Shown here: positions 36,820-48,938 of the stretch, piece after piece
How positions within the stretch are numbered: position 1 is the first letter of the stretch
Layout of the letters: the number at the start of each line of letters is the position of its first letter
Assembly (NCBI RefSeq): GCF_004010195.1
Contig: NC_057738.1
Coordinates: 35,074,233-35,138,232 of the forward strand
Direction of reading: 5' to 3'
Length of the DNA: 64,000 nt
From: Chiloscyllium plagiosum
Lineage: Eukaryota
Translations under genes and position numbers: made by a program
Notes under the pieces: generated by a model
The model's database searches: none
Told to the model about the DNA's origin: nothing
Seen by the model: only the letters and a program-made list of their open reading frames with translations

Positions 36820-37450
36820 TACTGGCTGAGACGGTATTTGTTACTCGTCCCCTCAGTGCTCCGGACAAGGTGGGGATGAGCTCTCTTTTTGAATTGCATT
36901 ATTTCTGGACAAGAGCACCCACTATGCTCTTAGGATGGAATTCCAGGATTTTGACCCAGCAACACTGAAGGAATGGCAATGTATATCCAAGACAGGATGA
37001 CGAGGCTCCGATAGGAGCTTGCAGACGGTGGTGTTCCCATGCATAACGGGAGTGGTCTGGGAAATGGGTTTGGGATGCGGTCGGGGTATTTGAAATAGAA
37101 ACTTGACAAGGAAGGGAGTTGACGCTAAGCTCCTTGTCTTTCTCTGTCGTTTCGCCAGCAATTAAAATTCGAGGTGCTGAGCTTTAGCACTTGCTCCAAG
37201 ACAGGAGGTGCTGACTAAAGGAGCCTTGTGAATTTCTGCTGTGCGACTTGTAGATGGTATACACTGCTGCTACTGAGCATCGGTGGTGGAGGGAGTGGAT
37301 ATTTATGGATGTGGTGCCAACCAAGTGGGCTGCTTTATCGTGAGCTTCTTGAGTGTTGTTGGAGCTGCATCCATCCAGGCAAATGGGGAGTATTCCATGA
37401 CACTCCTTCCTTGTGTCTTGTAGATGATGGGCAGAATTTGGTGAGTCAGA
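36820..37450 (-). mobile_element. LINE Y 3' fragment containing an inserted copy of 36023-36156
   Basis: HSFSVAGSKSWNS and DKAAHLVGTTSINIHSLHHRCSVAAVYTIYK motifs on either side of 37076-37194. Confidence 0.82.
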
Positions 37451-38584
37451 AACAGCATTCCCATTGATCATTTTATCTTCCATCCGGACCTCCAAAGTTA
37501 TTTTCTGGAACCTCTCCTGTTGGATGATCCACCACCATTCATGTCTGGATCTGGTCAGAACTCAGAGTTTCGATCTGATTGGTTGGTTGTGACAAGTTTG
37601 AGGCTGCCCCAGCTGTCAGGGGATGTTTGGTCTAAGGGGGTGTCTGATTGTTTTACACAGCCTTTGGAAAGAGAGGACCCAGTATTAGAGTAAGAGTGGA
37701 CAATGCTGTTGGTCGGAGGCCTAACCACTACATGTCAGCATGGCCAGAGCTGGGATAATAAGCTGCTTTTAAGGTGGAACATCTTGTATAACCTTGGAGC
37801 AATATTGGAACTAACATTGTTATCCAGGACAGAATATGCACTGGTTATGCCTCCAGCAACACAGTTTGTACTTTTGGATCATTTGTATGACCATGAACAT
37901 GGGAAAGTTTAATTTCTTATGACTTGCATATTACCTGAGTCACATCATTTGTAGCATTACAGCATAGATCTCAGAATGGCACTGTACCTTTAAGACAGCT
38001 GGATGATGTCACAGCAGGATGCTCTAGAAGATGCTCTCTCTACAGTCCGTCAGTGATCTATATAATGTAACATTATCATAAATAAGCATAGAACTCCCAC
38101 ATAAGTTTGAGATGCATCTGTTTATCTAATTGTTAATAAACTTCAAGACATCAGGCTCAATAGAAACTCCGTCTTTGTGCTGTATGTTACATATAGGGAA
38201 GTACTTGGACAATATCACACTGTTTCATGCTTAAACACATGATCAACATTTGAAACATGCTCAGTTGCTAGTCTTCTGAGATGAGGAGGACATGGGTGGC
38301 CACCTTACGTGGCTATTCTTGAGTCTCCCTCTCAACGCCACATTCCCAGGTTTGGAAAGCAAAATACAAACAAGCAACAAGAGTTCACCCACAGCCCTTC
38401 CAGTCTGTTCCACTGTTCGATAAGATCATGGCTGGTCTGATTTAACCACAACTCTACATTCCTGCATCTCCCTGATTAATCTTTCATCCCCTTGGTAACC
38501 AAGACTCAGCACTTCAAAAGAGTGAAAGATTCCGCATCCACTGCTCTTTGAGGATGGAAATTCAAAAGCCTTAACCCTAGGTCA

Positions 38585-38865
38585 CTGAGAGTTAACATTT
38601 GGAACGTGGTATGACTCTCCTTTGGAACTGCTGCAGGAATCAGCTCCAAAGGACAGTCCTATGAAAAGTCATCTAGACTCGAAACGTTAGCTTGCTCTCC
38701 CTCCATGGATGCTGCCTGACTTGCTGTGACCTCCAGCAGTTTTTGTTTTCCAGACTAGACTTAAAATGTTCACTCTGTTTCTGCCTCTGCGGATGCTGCC
38801 AGACGTGCTGAGTATCTCCAGCACTTCGTGTTTCGTTTTTAGATGACAACATTTGCAGTATTTTG
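38585..38865. mobile_element. Cluster of family C fragments
   Basis: aGTC-atcta-GACTC-GAAACGTT-agct at about 38667-38692; two gatgctgcc(t/a)gac..gctg..ctccagca..ttttg termini. Confidence 0.7.
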
Positions 38866-39964
38866 CGTCTGTTTGTACAGGTTACTTCAGTAGAATTGCA
38901 TCCCGCTTCCATACTGGGGCTTTTGTTGCTGCATTTGATTGTTGTGTGTAATGTAGTCTGTTTCTGGGGAAGTTACTGAATTCTGTAAACATTTTGCAAT
39001 CTGTTTTCACTTTACGAACGAGGTTGTAGTACAACTTCTTTAGTTCCCACACTCTGTCTGCGTTAGACCTATCAGCATCCTTCGAGAATGGCTAGAGATG
39101 GGGAAAGGATAAGAATCAACTATCTAATTGATAGCAGAACCTCGACCAGAGACTGTCCGTCTAAACTCACCTGAGAACACTATCTTTAACTTCCTGTGCT
39201 TGGCCACTCTCATCTCATTTTCACCCAAGATCATGTTGATTTTTAAGTCATTTGAGGCGCTGTGCTGGCTTATAATTTAAAGAAAATTCTTATAATTTAA
39301 AGAAAATTCTTATACTTCCTCTCTCTTGCCCCATTTCTCTCTCACGCCTATCTCTCTTGCCCCTTCTCTCTCTCACGTCCGTCTCTCTCTTTCTCTAGTG
39401 CAGATGTGAGTAGCTAGGCCAATGTTCACTGCCCATTCCTAATTGCCCTCCTGAAGGTTGTAGTGAGCTTCAGTTTTGAACCATACAGGCCATGTGTTAG
39501 GAAGGGAGATTGTTACTTGCTCACTGTAGATAATGCAGTGGGCTAGGTCTGGACTATCCTGGAGTCTGGAGTACAGAGTTGTCAGCTGGTGAATTTTCTG
39601 TTGTGCATCAATAATGGTCTCACAAAGCCTCGGCCTGCTTTGTTCTCTGTCATTTTTCCCGGATCTCTGGCATCCTTGGGGAGGTTGTTTGATCAGACTT
39701 CAGTCTAAAGGAGGGTCAATTAGTTCACGTTTCAGAGTTTAGGATGTAGTTAAAGGTTTTGATATCTGGACCTTTTTCAAGCTCCCTCAGGATACTTTAC
39801 TGAGAGAAAGCCATCCTGCTGTGATAATTTCTCTCAGAAGAGAGAGGGAGATCTTTCGTTTTGCTAAAGTCAGAAGTCACACGAAATGGAAGTGTAACTA
39901 GTGTAGTGGATGTTTAATTTATTCATTAAACCCTGGATGTAGGTGCCTGCACGTTCATGGGTGA

Positions 39965-40485
39965 CCTCTGTTTTGGTCACTCTGTTATAGAAAAGATATT
40001 ATGAAGTTGAAGAGGGTTCAGAAAGATTTACCAGGTTGTTGCTGGGACTTGAGTTATCAAAGTAGGCTGGGACTCTTTTCACTGGAGTGTAGGAGGGTGA
40101 GGGGTAACCTTTATAGAGGCTTATAAACTTATGAGGCGCATGGATAAGATGAGTGAGAACAGTCTATTCCCCAGAGTGGTGGAGTCCAAAACTTGGGGGG
40201 ATATGTTTAAGGTGAGAGGAGAAAGATTTAAAAAGAACCATGAGGGGCAACGTTTTCACACAGAGAGTGGGTTCATAGGTGGAACGAACTGCCAGAGGAA
40301 GTGGTGGATGTAGGTACAGTTACAGCATTTAAAAGACATCTGGATGGGTATTTAATAGGAAAGATTTAGAGGGATATGGGCCAAGTGCTGGCAAATGGGG
40401 CTAGATTGGGTTGGGATATCTGGTCGGCATGGACGAGTTGGACTGAAGGGTCTGTTTCTGTGCTGTTCACCTCTATGACTCTGTG
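39965..40485 (+). mobile_element. HER1/CR1 LINE 3' fragment
   Basis: KDIMKLKRVQ..., MDKM..NSLFPRVVESKT.G; tail ctctatgactctgtga. Confidence 0.9.
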
Positions 40486-40605
40486 ACACCTGACGAAGGA
40501 GCAGTGCTCCGAAAACTTCTGAATTCCAATAGACCTGTGGGACGATAACCTGGTGTCATGTGACTTCTGACTTTCTCCACCCCAGTCCAACACCGGCACC
40601 TCCAC
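40486..40605 (+). mobile_element. Family B single arm with hammerhead-like core
   Basis: cac-CTGACGA-aGGAGC-agt-GCTCC-GAAA at 40487-40514; tail ccccagtccaacaccggcacctccaca. Confidence 0.82.
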
Positions 40606-42474
40606 AAAATTTCTTTTTGCTGCCAGCTTCTTGTAGGTTTGCTCCTTCAACTGACGCACGTAGGTGTGGACTCAAACAGCAACTCTAGCTCAGAGGCTGT
40701 TGCTAGGCAGCCTTGAGTACAGGCCTCTCAAATCATTCTGAATTATAAGCCATGAAAGCCATTTCTGATCCCTCGTTTAAAAAAAAACCTTTGGTTTACA
40801 TTCTGTCAACAGAGTCAGTTGACTTTTGTTTTGGAAAAAGTAGGTGAACCAAAGCACACTTCAAATCTTGGCTCCTTTTTAAACTGTCTACAACCCAGAA
40901 ATTGTCCAAATTCTTCCATCTCTTCCAGAGTCCCCTCCGCTGTTATTTTTTTCGGGACTGTATATTCCCAGCACGCACTATAGTGCAGCACTGAGGGAGT
41001 GTACTTCCTTCCTCCAACCCGACCCCACCTGAGGTTCTGGCCCATCTGGTTGTCTTTAGTGGGAGCTTGCTGTGCACCAGGTTTCCTGAATAAAACTGCA
41101 TTTGAAAAGTTGTAGTGAGTGATTATCCCAGCAGCTCAGCGTTGAGTTAACATGATGAAGGGACCCTCAGGATCTCTTTCCACTAATTTGGCTCTTCACT
41201 GGATTCTCCCCTCGATCTGTTTCCTTACTAGGCTGATCTGGAGGGAGATGCTGTGGTGTTTGGGGTGGGGATGGGAAGAGGACTTGACTGGAGTTGGGTA
41301 AGACTTTGGGATGGGTCATGACGGCGGGGGGGCGCGGTGCACGGTGGAGTGGATAAAGTAGCATCCTTGCTGCCTGTTGATTGTGTCATGGCACTGGGTC
41401 TGCCTGTGGTCCTTGAATGGTCCTCACAGCGAGTTTCCAATGGGCACTTTGATTTGAAATTCCTCTCCCTCCTATCTTGGAGCTGAGGCACTGACCTATC
41501 CTCTGTGTGATCACGAGCCCCCGTGAGCCTACGAGTTCAGCAATATCCGGAACATTATCCCCTCTCCCGCTCCCCAGTTTGAGTCCTGGCTCTCGTTGGT
41601 TTAAGCATTATGGTGGCCGTGTTTGTATCTAACACAATCTTGCTCTGAAATTCTCTTCCTCGCTGATATCTGAAATGGGTCAGAGATTCAGCATCTGCAG
41701 GGGGTCACGTTTGTCCCTGTAGAGTGTGGCTCCTCAAGGTGTGAACGAGACAGGATGGCAGCTCCCTTAAACAGAGCGAGTCAGTTCCCTCCCCTTCCTG
41801 TCAGGGCAAGATGCTTATAAAGAGAGGGGCAGGAGAGCAAGGCGCCGTTCAGCCTGGGGTGCAGGGTTTCTGTTTGAAATCTTGCAGCATTTGTTGAGGA
41901 CGGCTTTTGAAAGGATGCCGTGATTGGGCAGAGCGCACTTTTCTGAGCAGAGACCTGACCGAGAGTTCAGTGACCTCTAAAGCGAGGGCAGAGAGGGTGT
42001 TGTTGTAACAGACGGTCAGGGACACTGTATTCTGGGCATGTAGATGTATGTGTGTGCAGGTCATCTGGCACAGAAACAGGCCATCCAGCCCGACCTGGTC
42101 TTGTGCTCCCCTTGATCATTCCTCATTGAAATATGCCATCGTAGCCCTTCATTGCCTTCCCTCTGTCACGTGTTTATCCAGCCTTCCCTTAACAGCACCG
42201 ATACCAGAATAGTGTGTCCCACATTGTCTTCAGCAACAAGCAAGAGCCAGAGAGCCTCACTGTGTTCCACCGGGAAGGGGGTTTGGTGATGCTTTGGGAT
42301 CCCTGTTCTTCTGTGAGCCAACAGACTTCTCCAATATCGGCTAGCGCTTGTCCCTCTCCTCAGAGGTCACAGGTCACCTCGAGAACCAAATCAATGTTGA
42401 CCCCTCCAGTGCATTACTGAGGGATTGCTCACTGTCAGAAAGACCATCTGCTGGGTCTCTGACACGTTGCTTGA

Positions 42475-42708
42475 GGGCTGAGTGTTGGCCAGGGAGACCT
42501 GCTCTATCTTACAGTGCCTTGACATCTTTTACATCCAGCTGAGCGGGCATTGATGGGGCGTCAGGCTGCCATATCATCAGAAGGACAGCACTGTTGACAG
42601 AGCAGCACTCCCCCAGCGCTGCACTGGGAATGAAGCTGTGACATGGCCCTTGAGCCCTGCACTGTGGGATTTGGAGGCAAGTATGCTATCAGCTGAGCCA
42701 TGGCTGAT
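42475..42708 (-). mobile_element. DeuSINE (SacSINE1-like) 5' part
   Basis: Reverse: tcagccatggctcagctgatagca (tRNA head)..cagtgcagcgctgggggagtgctgctctgtcaacagtgctgtccttc..ggatgtaaaagatgtcaaggcact; related copies at 9180-9250 (-) and 58800-59075 (+). Confidence 0.7.
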
Positions 42709-43605
42709 GACATTTTGTTTGATAGCTCTAAAGTGAGATGCCTCCCTGTGGTGTTAGTGTAATTTGGTGATGAGGTCCCGCTAACCAGGCAACGGGATGA
42801 ATTTGGATGCCAGCTGAGCACTGCGTGGGGCTCCATCTTGGGTGCCATTGTGAGAGTGCCATTTCCATTCCCCCCCCACCCACACCCCACCCCCTCCCTG
42901 TGTAGAAACATAGACGTTAGGAGTAGGCCATTCGGCCAGCACTTCCATTCAATATGAACGAGGCTGATGATCTTATTCAGTCCCCTGTCCACCAGACCAT
43001 AAAGACAGAGCGTCCCTGGTGGGAACCAGCAGGCAGTGAATGGTCACCGAACTCGATGCCGGGACGAGGGGGCTTGGGAAGAGGATGCTGGGCCTGTACC
43101 CATTGGAGCTCAGGAGATTGGGAGATGATCGGTTGATTTATGTAAAAGTCTGAAGGGGCTTGACTGGCTGGGGTGGTGTTTCTCCTGGTGGGAGAGTCTG
43201 GAACTTGGATACACCACAGACGAACGAAGGGGGTCTCCCATTGGAGCTGGAGATGGGCAGGCATTTCTTCTCTGTGGAATTTTATCCCCTCAAAGTCAGT
43301 GGGAGGTGGTACATGGAGGCCGGGTTGAAATGATGATTGGGCGAAGAGGCGTTCAGGGTTGCAGGGGATCGGTAAGAATGTGAAAGCGAGGCCTAGACTA
43401 GAGCAGTCACTATCCTGTGGAGAGACAGAACAGTCTGGGCCAAATGGCCTGTTCCTGCTCTTGCCTCTTATGTTTATCTGTCCCAGAAGCCCTCCCAGGG
43501 TGGATGTAGCAGTAATCCAGCACAGGGAGATCCCACAGAGTCTGGAAAAAAAGCAAAGAACTGCAGATCTGAAACAAGAACAGAAATTGCTGCCAGACCT
43601 GCTGA

Positions 43606-43825
43606 CATTTACCCCTTACCTAACACTACGGGCAATTTAGCATGGCCAATTCACCTGACCTGCACATCTTTGGATTGTGGGAGGAAACCGGAGCACCCGG
43701 AGGAAACCCACGCAGACACGGGGAGAACGTGCAAACTCCACAGTCAGTCGCCGGAGGCGGGAATTGAACCCGGATCTCTGGCGCTGTGAGGCAGCAGTGC
43801 TAACCACTGTGCCACCGTGCCGCCC
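43606..43825 (-). mobile_element. Young HE1 SINE lacking its 3' tail, flanked by a roughly 100-bp direct duplication
   Basis: Near-identical to 28119-28344; flanks 43504-43605 and 43830-43932 are copies of each other. Confidence 0.92.
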
Positions 43826-44494
43826 ATGAATGTGGCAGTAATTTGGCACAGGGAGATCCCACAGAGTCTGGAAAAAAATGCAAAGAACTGCTGATCTGAA
43901 ACAAGAACAGAAATTGCTGCCAGACCTGCTGAGGATGTCCAACAATTTTGGGGGGAAACAACAATGCAACTGGGTTGAGCAAGGGACCTGCCTCATTGTT
44001 TAGCTTTGTTGGAGATTTTTTGTGGGTTTTGAGTGGGGCAGGGTGGATTTTGTTGGTCATTATTCTGGGGGCCTGTTTGCAAACTGTTTGTTGTCATGTT
44101 GGCACCTGAACCAACTGTGCACCAGGCTGCGGAACTGCCCTTAATCTGATGCCAATTCTCGGAGGTCGATTGTGTATTTTTCCCAGATGATAGTGTCAGG
44201 TGATTTGAATTCGAACACAATTGTATTCAAATGGAGAAACCCCAGGCTTCGCATCCTGGTGAAAGGTCTTCAGGAACGACGCTTTCATTTTTCTGCATAA
44301 ACCCTTCGAGGGAGCAGGGCACGTTCCCTGACCGAAGGTGCCTGATGAGAACAGCCCAAACGATATTGTTTCCCCACAGTGTTGGCCTGTCTTTCATATT
44401 GAGATCTTGACTCATCTCCTGTGCACTTGCAGCATTTTCTGTCTTCCCTTTTTGGACCTTCCTGGTAGTTGTGTGACACTGTTGTACGATCCAT

Positions 44495-44756
44495 TCATAG
44501 GATGAGGGTGTCAATCTGTTATTGCCCATCACTAATTGCCCAGCGGACAGTTATGTGTCAGTCACATCTGATGTAGGCCAAGCTAGGTAAGGATGGCAGA
44601 TTTCCTTCCCTGAAGGACATCAGTGAACTGGGTGGGATTTTTCTGACAATTGATGATGGTCTCATGGTCATTAGTCGGTTGTTTTACCAGATTTTTTTCA
44701 TTGAATTCAAATCCCACCATCTTTAGTGGCAGATTTGAACCTGGAATCTCAGAACA
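44495..44756 (-). mobile_element. SINE family X
   Basis: ttcataggatgagggtgtc..ttattgcccatcactaattgccc..tgtaggccaagctaggtaaggatggcagatttccttccctgaaggacatcagtgaac..gatttgaacc. Confidence 0.75.
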
Positions 44757-45065
44757 TTAGATTAGATTCCCTACAGTATGGAAACAGGCCCTTTGGCCCA
44801 ACGAGTCCACACCGACCCTCTGAAGAGCAACCCACCCAGACTCATTCCCCTACCCTATATTTATGCCTGACTAATGCACCTAGCACTGTGGGCAATTTAG
44901 TATGGCCAATTCACCCTCCCCTGCATATCTTTGGAGTGTGGGAGGAAACCGGAGCACCTAGAGGAAACCCACACAGACACGGGGAGAATGTGCAAACTCC
45001 ACACAGACAGTCGCCCAAGGTGGGTCCCTGGTACTGTGAGACAGCAATGCTAACCACTGAGCCAT
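44757..45065 (-). mobile_element. HE1 SINE
   Basis: Reverse HE1 with (ttaga)n tail. Confidence 0.92.
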
Positions 45066-45357
45066 CGTTCTGCACCGTTTGCAGAACCTCTCAATGGTTA
45101 CCGCATCAAAGGTGTCCATTTGGCCCATTGTTCCTGCGCTGGATCTGCAAATGTGCCCGGAACCCAGGACTGCTTCCCCCAAACTTCTCCCTTCGTGTTC
45201 CCGTTCATAAAACAATCCCAACTGTTCCTTGAGAGCCTTGATGAAACCTGCTTTCACCTCAGTCTCTTGAGCAGCCATTTAAAATCGAAACCACTCGCTG
45301 CGTGGAGACGTTCCTCCTGTTGTTTTTATTGTATATTTGTCTAATGCGAGTGAGATG

Positions 45358-45997
45358 ATGGCCGAGTGACATTGTCACTGAAGTAGAAACTCCAAGATTT
45401 GGTTAATGTTCTGGGGACTTGGGTTTTATTGAATTTGATAAAAGTCTGGGAATAAGTCCTAATGGTAATCATGAAGCCATTGTTACTTGTTGTAAAACCC
45501 ACCTAGTTCACTAATATCCTTTGGGGAGCAGATCATAGGATCTTGGAAACCCCACAGTGTGGAAACAAGCCATTCAGCCCATTGAGTCCATACTGACTGT
45601 CTGAAGAGCATCCCACCCAGACCCATCCCATTACCCTGTCCCCTGTAACCCTGCATTTCCCATGGATAACCCACCTAGCCTGCTCACCCCTGGACACTAG
45701 GGCAATTTAGCCTAACCAATCCATCTAACCTTTGGACTGTGGGAGGAAACCCGCGTAGACACAAGAAGAATGTGCAAACTCCACACAAGCTGTCATTCGA
45801 GGGTGGAATCGCACCCGAGTCCCTGGTGCTGTGAGGCAGCAGTGCTAATCACTGAGCCACCATGCTGCATTCTTTACCTGGTCTGGCCTACATGTAACTC
45901 CAGACCCATAGTAATGTGGTTGACTCTTAACTGCTGTCTGGACAATTAGATATGGACAATAAGCCAGCAACGCTCACTCCCATGAATGAATAAAAAG
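45358..45997 (+). mobile_element. SINE family X split by an HE1 insertion
   Basis: ..gttcactaatatccttttggggagcagatc [HE1] attctttacctggtctggcctacatg..cccatgaatgaataaaaa. Confidence 0.78.
45533..45868 (-). mobile_element. HE1 SINE (nested)
   Basis: Reverse HE1 from tail to head. Confidence 0.9.
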
Positions 45998-45999
45998 TC

Positions 46000-46212
46000 T
46001 GTATTGAATCAGCTGCCAGAAGAAGTGGTGGATGCTGGGACAATTACAACATTTAAAAGGCATCTGGATAGGTATATGATTAGCAAGAGTTTAGAGGGAT
46101 ATGGGCCAAATGCTGGCAACTGGCACAAGATTAATATAAGATATCTGGGCAGCAAGAACGAGTTGGACCAAAGAGTCTGTTTCCATGCTGTACATCTCGA
46201 TGACTCTATGAC
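46000..46212 (+). mobile_element. HER1/CR1 LINE 3' end
   Basis: NQLPEEVVDAGTITTFKRHLDRYM...LEGYGPNAG; tail gatgactctatgact. Confidence 0.9.
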
Positions 46213-46519
46213 TAATCACCATAAATGTTTCCATTTACCTTAGCTCTCAACTACATTAGTTGTAACTTGATGTATAGTGTATGACAGAAACTGGCCATTC
46301 AACCCAAACAGATTGTTCTAGCCCTTATTTTCTGTGTAAGTTCCACTTGTCTTTCTTTGTCTGATCCAATTGTACGAGAGAACACATTATTACAATCTTG
46401 AGTGAGTCCCGATAGCTTAAGATGGGAATCCAGAAAGGATCTACACTGGGGAGATGAGGAATCACTTAATCCTCTTTATGAATTAACTTGTTAGACCGTC
46501 TGGAAGTTGGATGATGTTT

Positions 46520-46890
46520 TACAAAGAACATTACAGCCACAGGAACAGGCCCTTCGGCCCACCATGTCTGTGCCCGACCATGATGCCACTCTAAACTAAT
46601 CCCGTCTGCCTGCACACGGTCCATATTCCTCTATCCACTGCCTGTTCATGTCTGTCTAAATGCGTGTTAAATGTTGCTATTGTACCTATTCCTGGAATCT
46701 CCCTTGGCAGCACATTCCAGCACATACTATCCTCAGTGTTTAAAAAAAACTTTCCTCACACATCTCCTTTAAACTTTTCTTCCCTCACCTTAATCTCTGT
46801 GCCCCTTGGTATTTGACATTTCCACCCAGGGCAAAAGTCTCTTGCTATCTAGATGCCTGTTATAATTTTATATACTTCATATCTGGTCAC
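46520..46890 (-). mobile_element. HER1/CR1 LINE 3' fragment
   Basis: caggaacaggcccttcggccc reverse UTR; gtgccccttggtatttgac is reverse SNTKGH. Confidence 0.82.
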
Positions 46891-46904
46891 CCTAGGTTTT
46901 AATC

Positions 46905-47075
46905 CATTTTCATGAAGGCGTTGCTGGCTAGGCCAGCATTTATTACCCAACCCTAATTGCCCGGGGGGCAGTTAAGGGCCAATCACATTGCTGTGGGCCT
47001 GGAGTCATATGTAGGCCAGACCGGGTAAGGATGGCAGTTTCCTTCCCAAAAGGACATGAGTGAACCAGATTTTGT
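46905..47075 (-). mobile_element. SINE family X 3' part
   Basis: gctggctaggccagcatttattacccaaccctaattgccc..ggagtcatatgtaggccagaccgggtaaggatggcag. Confidence 0.75.
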
Positions 47076-47094
47076 GTCATTAATGGTGTCAAGA

Positions 47095-47660
47095 CACGTC
47101 GAGAATGAGGTTAACAAAGCAGACAGTATCCTCAGCTGTATAAACCAGGGCTTAAAGTTGGCTTAGAGACCTGAGGAAGGGTTAGACCCGAATGCTGCCT
47201 GGCCTGCTGTGTTCTTCCAACCTCCTGCCTGTATGGAGCAGGGAGGTTTAGTTGAAGTTATATTAGCCAGTAGTTGAGTCTGAGCTGGAGTATTGTGTGC
47301 AGTTCTTGGAGTTGAACTGTAGGGAGGATGTGTTGGAATTGGAGCAAGGGCAGAACAGATTCCTGAGAATGATTTCAGGGATGAGTTTTGTAAATGGATT
47401 GAACAGGATGGAAGTGTTTGACTTAGTGAGGAGAAGACTGAGAGGGGATCAGATTGAGGTGTTCAACATCACAAGCAGGATCTCGACAGACAGAGAGAGA
47501 GAGAGAGGAACTGTTCCCACTCATAAGCTGATGCAGGACCAGCTTTGAAATAATTCGTAAAAGAAGCAAAAACCACTGGATGAAAAAGCCTTTTCTGCAA
47601 AGTGAGTTTTTAAAGGTGTGGTGGAGACCAGTTCAACTGAACCTATCAAAAGAGGATTAA
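47095..47660 (+). mobile_element. Degenerate HER1/CR1 fragment with nested hammerhead-family piece (47170-47232)
   Basis: ELEYCVQF..NCREDVLELE..Q.RF.RMISG...RRLRGDQIEVFNI. Confidence 0.75.
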
Positions 47661-48291
47661 GTGATTCCTCATCTCCCCAGTGTAGATCCTTTCTGGATTC
47701 CCATCTTAAGCTATCGGGACTCACTCAAGATTGTAATAATGTGTTCTCTCGTAATCTAAGAAAGGAAAACTGCATAGAGAAGGTGGGAGGTTGGCGCTGA
47801 GTGAGGAGGGTTAGCACAGACACAATGAGCGAAATGGCCTCCTGGGTGGGGCGAGGGGTTGTCAGGGTTCTGAGAGGAATGGAATGGGTGAGGATGGAGG
47901 GAGTGCTTTTTGGGTGTGGCTTTGTGTGTGATTGATGGGGATGAAATAGGGGTAGTTTGGCAAATGAGTTCTGTTGCAATAAAGACATGAATTGTCACTT
48001 GAATGTTTTATGGGCCTCTGCTGGCAGAGGTGTAAGTGGCTTGAAACATAATCAGTTCTTAACCAGAGAGCCATCAGTTCAGTTTTGGAGAAGCAGTTCC
48101 CTCTTTATCAGTTGATACCATCTGTTGTCAGTGACTGACTGTGTTAACAGCCCATGTTCTAAACATAACCTCCTCCAGCTGTGCCTCTGCCATGGTGGCT
48201 CTCTCAGACTGGAGCCCTCTTGGGCTGAAAGGAGTCCCTGAGTAAGTCCATTCCACAAATCCCACCTTGTCAAATGTGCAGGACTGAGCCC

Positions 48292-48322
48292 TGGGGTGGG
48301 GGGTGGGGGTGGGGGTGGGGGT
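48292..48322 (+). repeat. (GGGGGT)n tract, potential G-quadruplex
   Basis: Five G-runs of 4-5 nt with single-T loops. Confidence 0.7.
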
Positions 48323-48670
48323 CTCTGCATTCTGGGGGTGCTGGAATGTGCTGATGTTCCAACAGTCAAAGGGGTTTTTCAGCAGCTTGGCTTGTTTGTG
48401 GTGACGTAGAGTTGAGAGGGGGAAGAGGTTGGTTGGTCGGTCTAACCCACCATCTCCTGCTCCATTGCCACCACCTGCTTTCTATAGTTAGCGACTCCCC
48501 AGTGAGATTGAGGTCAGGCCTAGTATGTGTGAACCCCCTCCCACCCAACTCCTTTTCAGGCTCACCTCCTCACAGCCACTATCTGTGTTCGTACAGCAAA
48601 GCTGAGCCCATTGGAGTGAGAGTAGGCCATTCAGCCCATTGAATGTGCTCCGCTGTTCACTGAGATTATG

Positions 48671-48938
48671 ATGTGGAGGAGCTGGTGTTGGGATAGCGTG
48701 GACAAAGTTTAAAATCACACAACACAGTACTTCCAAATAAACTTGTTGGACTATAACCTGGTGTTATGTGAATTTTAATTTAACACAACGCTGGATTATA
48801 GCCAACAGGTTTATTTGGGAGTACTAGCTTTCAGAGTGCTGCTCCTTTATCAGGTAACTAGTGGGGTAGGATCATAAGACACAGAATTTATAGCAAAAGA
48901 TCACAGTGTCATGTAATTAAAACGATAAATTGAACTAG
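48671..48938. mobile_element. Composite family B element inside a minus-strand CR1 fragment (about 48615-49045)
   Basis: Alternating arm orientations; TSD ctgagat(t/c)atg at 48660-48670 and 48939-48949; degenerate minus-strand core near 48825-48853. Confidence 0.8.

Noticed and set aside
37884-38149. Possible solo LTR (TG...aataaa...CA)
   Set aside because: No matching TSD, second copy, PBS or PPT visible.
39268-39313. Short tandem duplications (20-bp unit here; also 18990-19036)
   Set aside because: Ordinary slippage-type duplications; not CRISPR-like, no spacers.
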